A DNA stretch of 64,000 nt from Podarcis pityusensis (Eukaryota). The notes beneath the pieces were generated by a model. It was not told where the DNA came from, did not search any database, and saw only the letters and a program-made list of their open reading frames with translations. Positions 60,701 through 64,000 of the stretch are shown here, one piece after another. The stretch is taken from NCBI GenBank assembly GCA_964106645.2, contig OZ067041.1. One strand, given 5' to 3'. The translations under genes were made by a program, and so were the position numbers. How positions within the stretch are numbered: position 1 is the stretch's first letter; every line of letters begins with the position of its first letter.

Positions 60701-63170
60701 GGAAGTCATTCCACATTGCGTACGGATCATTGGTGTGTATTACAGGAGTTAAGTGGATGCTCATTGCTTTGAAAATCTATCCTGGAGCCTTCATCATTTT
60801 TAAAGTTTCCTGCAAAGTAACCCTTTTTTTCTACTTGGGTATATTTCTGTATATTTCTGGATGACCACCCCTTCGTATCTGCTAAACTCATTTGCCAATA
60901 TTTAGTTATTCTATGTTAGCAATGACCTTTATAATTGGTCTGTGAATGAAGCATGTGGCTTATTGCACTGATGTCTAAGGATAATACAAACAAAATAAAA
61001 ATAACAAGACTATAGCAAATTCCAGTGAGTTTAAGTCCCAGCACCAAATCAGTATCAAACTCTGAATGTTAGATAGTCAGTCCCTTCACAAAACATTCAA
61101 CTACTTAAAATAAAACCACAGCTGAGGTGCAGGTGTTCATTGCTTCTTTTTAGAATTATAAAGTACAGTTCAACCCTAGATGATTAGGAGACCCCCAGTG
61201 CTTCACTTCTATACTAAATGGTGCTTTTATACTGCCATTAATTGGAAGATAGATAGGAGAAAGTAAAGGCATATTTACATTCCCCCCCCCCCGCAACAAA
61301 AGTAGGGGGAATTGCTTTCCCCCCTTGTCTTTTCTTTTACCAGATATGCAAAATATACCAGACATTTTTTTTCTCTCACATCAGCCACCAGTTCCTCTAA
61401 GCCCATAAGCTGCCTGTAGCAAGCAGGCTTCCTCCCTGGTGAGATGGTTAAATTGTCACAGTTGCTGTCGACTGTAGCACAGAAGCCTGGGGTAAAGGGA
61501 GAGGAGCTGAGGTATGGGGAAAGAAGCCCTTTAATAATTCAGATGGCAAATATCAATGCAAATCAGCTTTAATTCTGGGAGGTATTCTGGTAATGAAAGC
61601 TGAAATGCCATTTCTCAGAATGACATCAGCCCCTGATTCATTCTTCATGACTGTTCTGCCACTTTTGTACGGTAAACAGATTGGTTTGGGATGAGCAAGC
61701 AGAGAAGAAAAACAACCGCACCTACTCAGCACAGTCATTGCCCTCTTCATATTCTGGGATGGTGAGCTTCAAAGCTTGGATGACCACCTTTTGTAGCACG
61801 TTCAGGGATTCCATGTTGGGCACAGTGATTACCAAAGCTAACCAAGCCGTGAATATTTCTGTAGCTCAAACGGCAGAACTTTCCTCTGTGGATCAGTCTT
61901 GTAATAAGGGTGGGCAGTAGGCAGCACTTGCCAGGGTTCAGGAGCCAACAAGTTTGAGGAAAGACAACTTCACTGCCAGAAATGTAAAAAAAATAAAAAT
62001 ACACTGAATGTTGAGAAGATATGGGAGTGAAATTGGAGGCTCCTTTCTAGTGGTTGTTGGGGATTTGGGGGGGGGAGATAATTAGGTGCCTCCATCTTCA
62101 GTTGAACTTCAATTAAAAGGGGGAAAAACTGTTTTGCCTGAGGCATCCCTGCATTTCAGGTGTTTAGACTAGATGACCATTGGAGTCCCTTCCAGCTGTA
62201 CATTTCTATGAATCTATGCGTCAAACAAAAAGTTGTTCTATCATAACCTTAAATCCATATGAAATTCTTTTAGTTAGCTGTGGGGGAGGAGAGAATTGGC
62301 ACCATATCCAATTTCTTACTGTGACAGTCAAATTATGGATAAGAAGGGGTGCTTTGTCAACAGTAGCCTCATTCTTCCTGTGCACATATTCTAGTGTTAC
62401 CTCTTTCTAAGTGACTGGATATATATTGTGAATATTGTTTAACAGATGGGGTTTCCTCAGCTATTAATCTGCACCTATATTTTCATTATGCATTTGCATG
62501 CTCTGCAACTTATTGACACTTCCATTACAAGTTCCCTGTCTTTTTGTTTTTAAATGGAGTAGTTTCTAAGTTGCTGGGCCGAGATGTCATGTTCAGCATT
62601 TGCCCCAATTAGCTCCCTGTGTGCTTTCTTGAATCACTATTTGTAGCAGAAAGTCAGCTAAGTAGTTCCTGTGACAGTTAGCCTGGCCCGTTCCCATGCT
62701 AGCGACCAGACGCTTCTCCTGCATGAGGCAATGGCTTGTGGTGAAAATGCTCATTTGTGCAAAGAAGATACTGTGAGAAAGTGTTCTAAGCAATATATTA
62801 AATGTCTAGATAAAGGCCATATCAATATCTACCATGGGAGGCATTCAGGCTCATTAGCATGAGAAGTAATGTGAAAATGTCATACATACGCTATGTATGA
62901 ACCACAACAGAAATCAGAGCCACTCCATATGTTTACCTACAATAAAATAGTTAGCTGGAAGATTCCATTCCCATTATTTACTTTCCCAATTCCTTTCCAT
63001 GCAATACCAGTAATAGGACAAACGCTGCACCCAAATATCTGGGACAGGCAATTCAGTGCAAATCAAACCTTTCTAACTGGGCTTATCAAATATATTTGAT
63101 CCATCTCTTTTTCAACAGTAATAATTCCTTAATCCCGTCTAGATAAAATACATATCCACATAGCAATGCT

Positions 63171-63171
<1 letters not shown>

Positions 63172-63200
<29 letters not shown>
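63172..63200. repeat. (GT)n microsatellite
   Basis: Seen directly. Confidence 0.95.
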
Positions 63201-63204
<4 letters not shown>

Positions 63205-64000
63205 CTCAATAAACAATGGACTTAATACAACCTCCCCACAAACTTTGTGCAAATAAATTAGGGTGAATGCTCCATAAACAGATTGTTGGGAAGAAAACCT
63301 AAACTTTTATTCAGCATTTATTCTTTTGGGGTCCATTGGGTATTACACTGAAGAAACAATAAATTCTCTAATGTGGTAAGAGTTATGGTCCAGTCCAGGC
63401 CAAATCTCGTATTTGCAGGTAATGAGTCATCTGTAAAAGCAAAGAGAAATTCAGGGCACCTTCGTTGAAAAAGGGTTACTCTAGTTATCTAGTTTGAGTT
63501 TAGTACAGCATTTGAGGCTGTGAGTGTTCAGAACTCAATACGATACTTCGATTAGGCAATTCAATTCACTGGGACAAAAGTAGCTTGAGGGGGCTTGTCT
63601 CTTTTTCTTTTTTGCTCTTGCAGAGGGGAAAAAATCATCTCTCCTGGTTTTTCAACTTTACATTGCATTCAAAGAAAACTAAAAGTTATGCTTTCCCATA
63701 CACTGGACTCCCCCACAAGGCTTAGTATTAACCTGAGATGTCCCCGGGCAATGCAAAGGTCCAGCATAGACTACAGAGTTGAAAGAATCCATTTCTGACT
63801 TTGTGCAGCTGTTTCAAGTGGCGCTGCTTATCCCTACCTCTTCCTAGTAATTTGATGTAGTTAATTTGCTTCCACATACTTGATGGCGATGCCTTTGCTC
63901 AAAGTCCTCTCTTCACAAGCTGTTTAATCGTGGTTGGTAACGAGCTGCCTCTGACAAAGTTGCTGCAACTCATAGAGCTGCTTTTGGGACCTGAGCCTTA

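Overview
Repeat-rich squamate (probably lacertid lizard) genomic DNA, inferred from Sauria SINEs, BovB/RTE, CR1 and L2 tails. The window is almost entirely intronic sequence of the IgLON gene LSAMP (+ strand). One 126-nt coding exon (57603-57728, [42 protein letters not shown]) is the only host exon I can see. The dominant feature is a very young, apparently intact 5.49-kb Ty3/Gypsy chromovirus of the Tf1/sushi group on the - strand (34253-39743). It has 408-bp LTRs that are identical by eye and an ATACG TSD, and it sits inside a TA-flanked MITE. The element has no tRNA PBS but has an 11-nt self-priming duplex, plus a gag/pol -1 frameshift pseudoknot with a non-canonical slippery site. Its chromodomain has lost two aromatic-cage residues. 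The most interesting observation is the acidic integrase tail, which carries two tandem motifs resembling the LEDGF-IBM/TND-interacting motif (helix-F-acidic-FxGF). Pol also runs on through the PPT into the 3' LTR. The window also holds a 2.1-kb L1-type non-autonomous retroposon with its own orphan 220-aa ORF, many hAT and Tc1/mariner MITEs, SINEs, nested insertions, microsatellites and several candidate conserved enhancers. All comparisons were done by eye without database searches.
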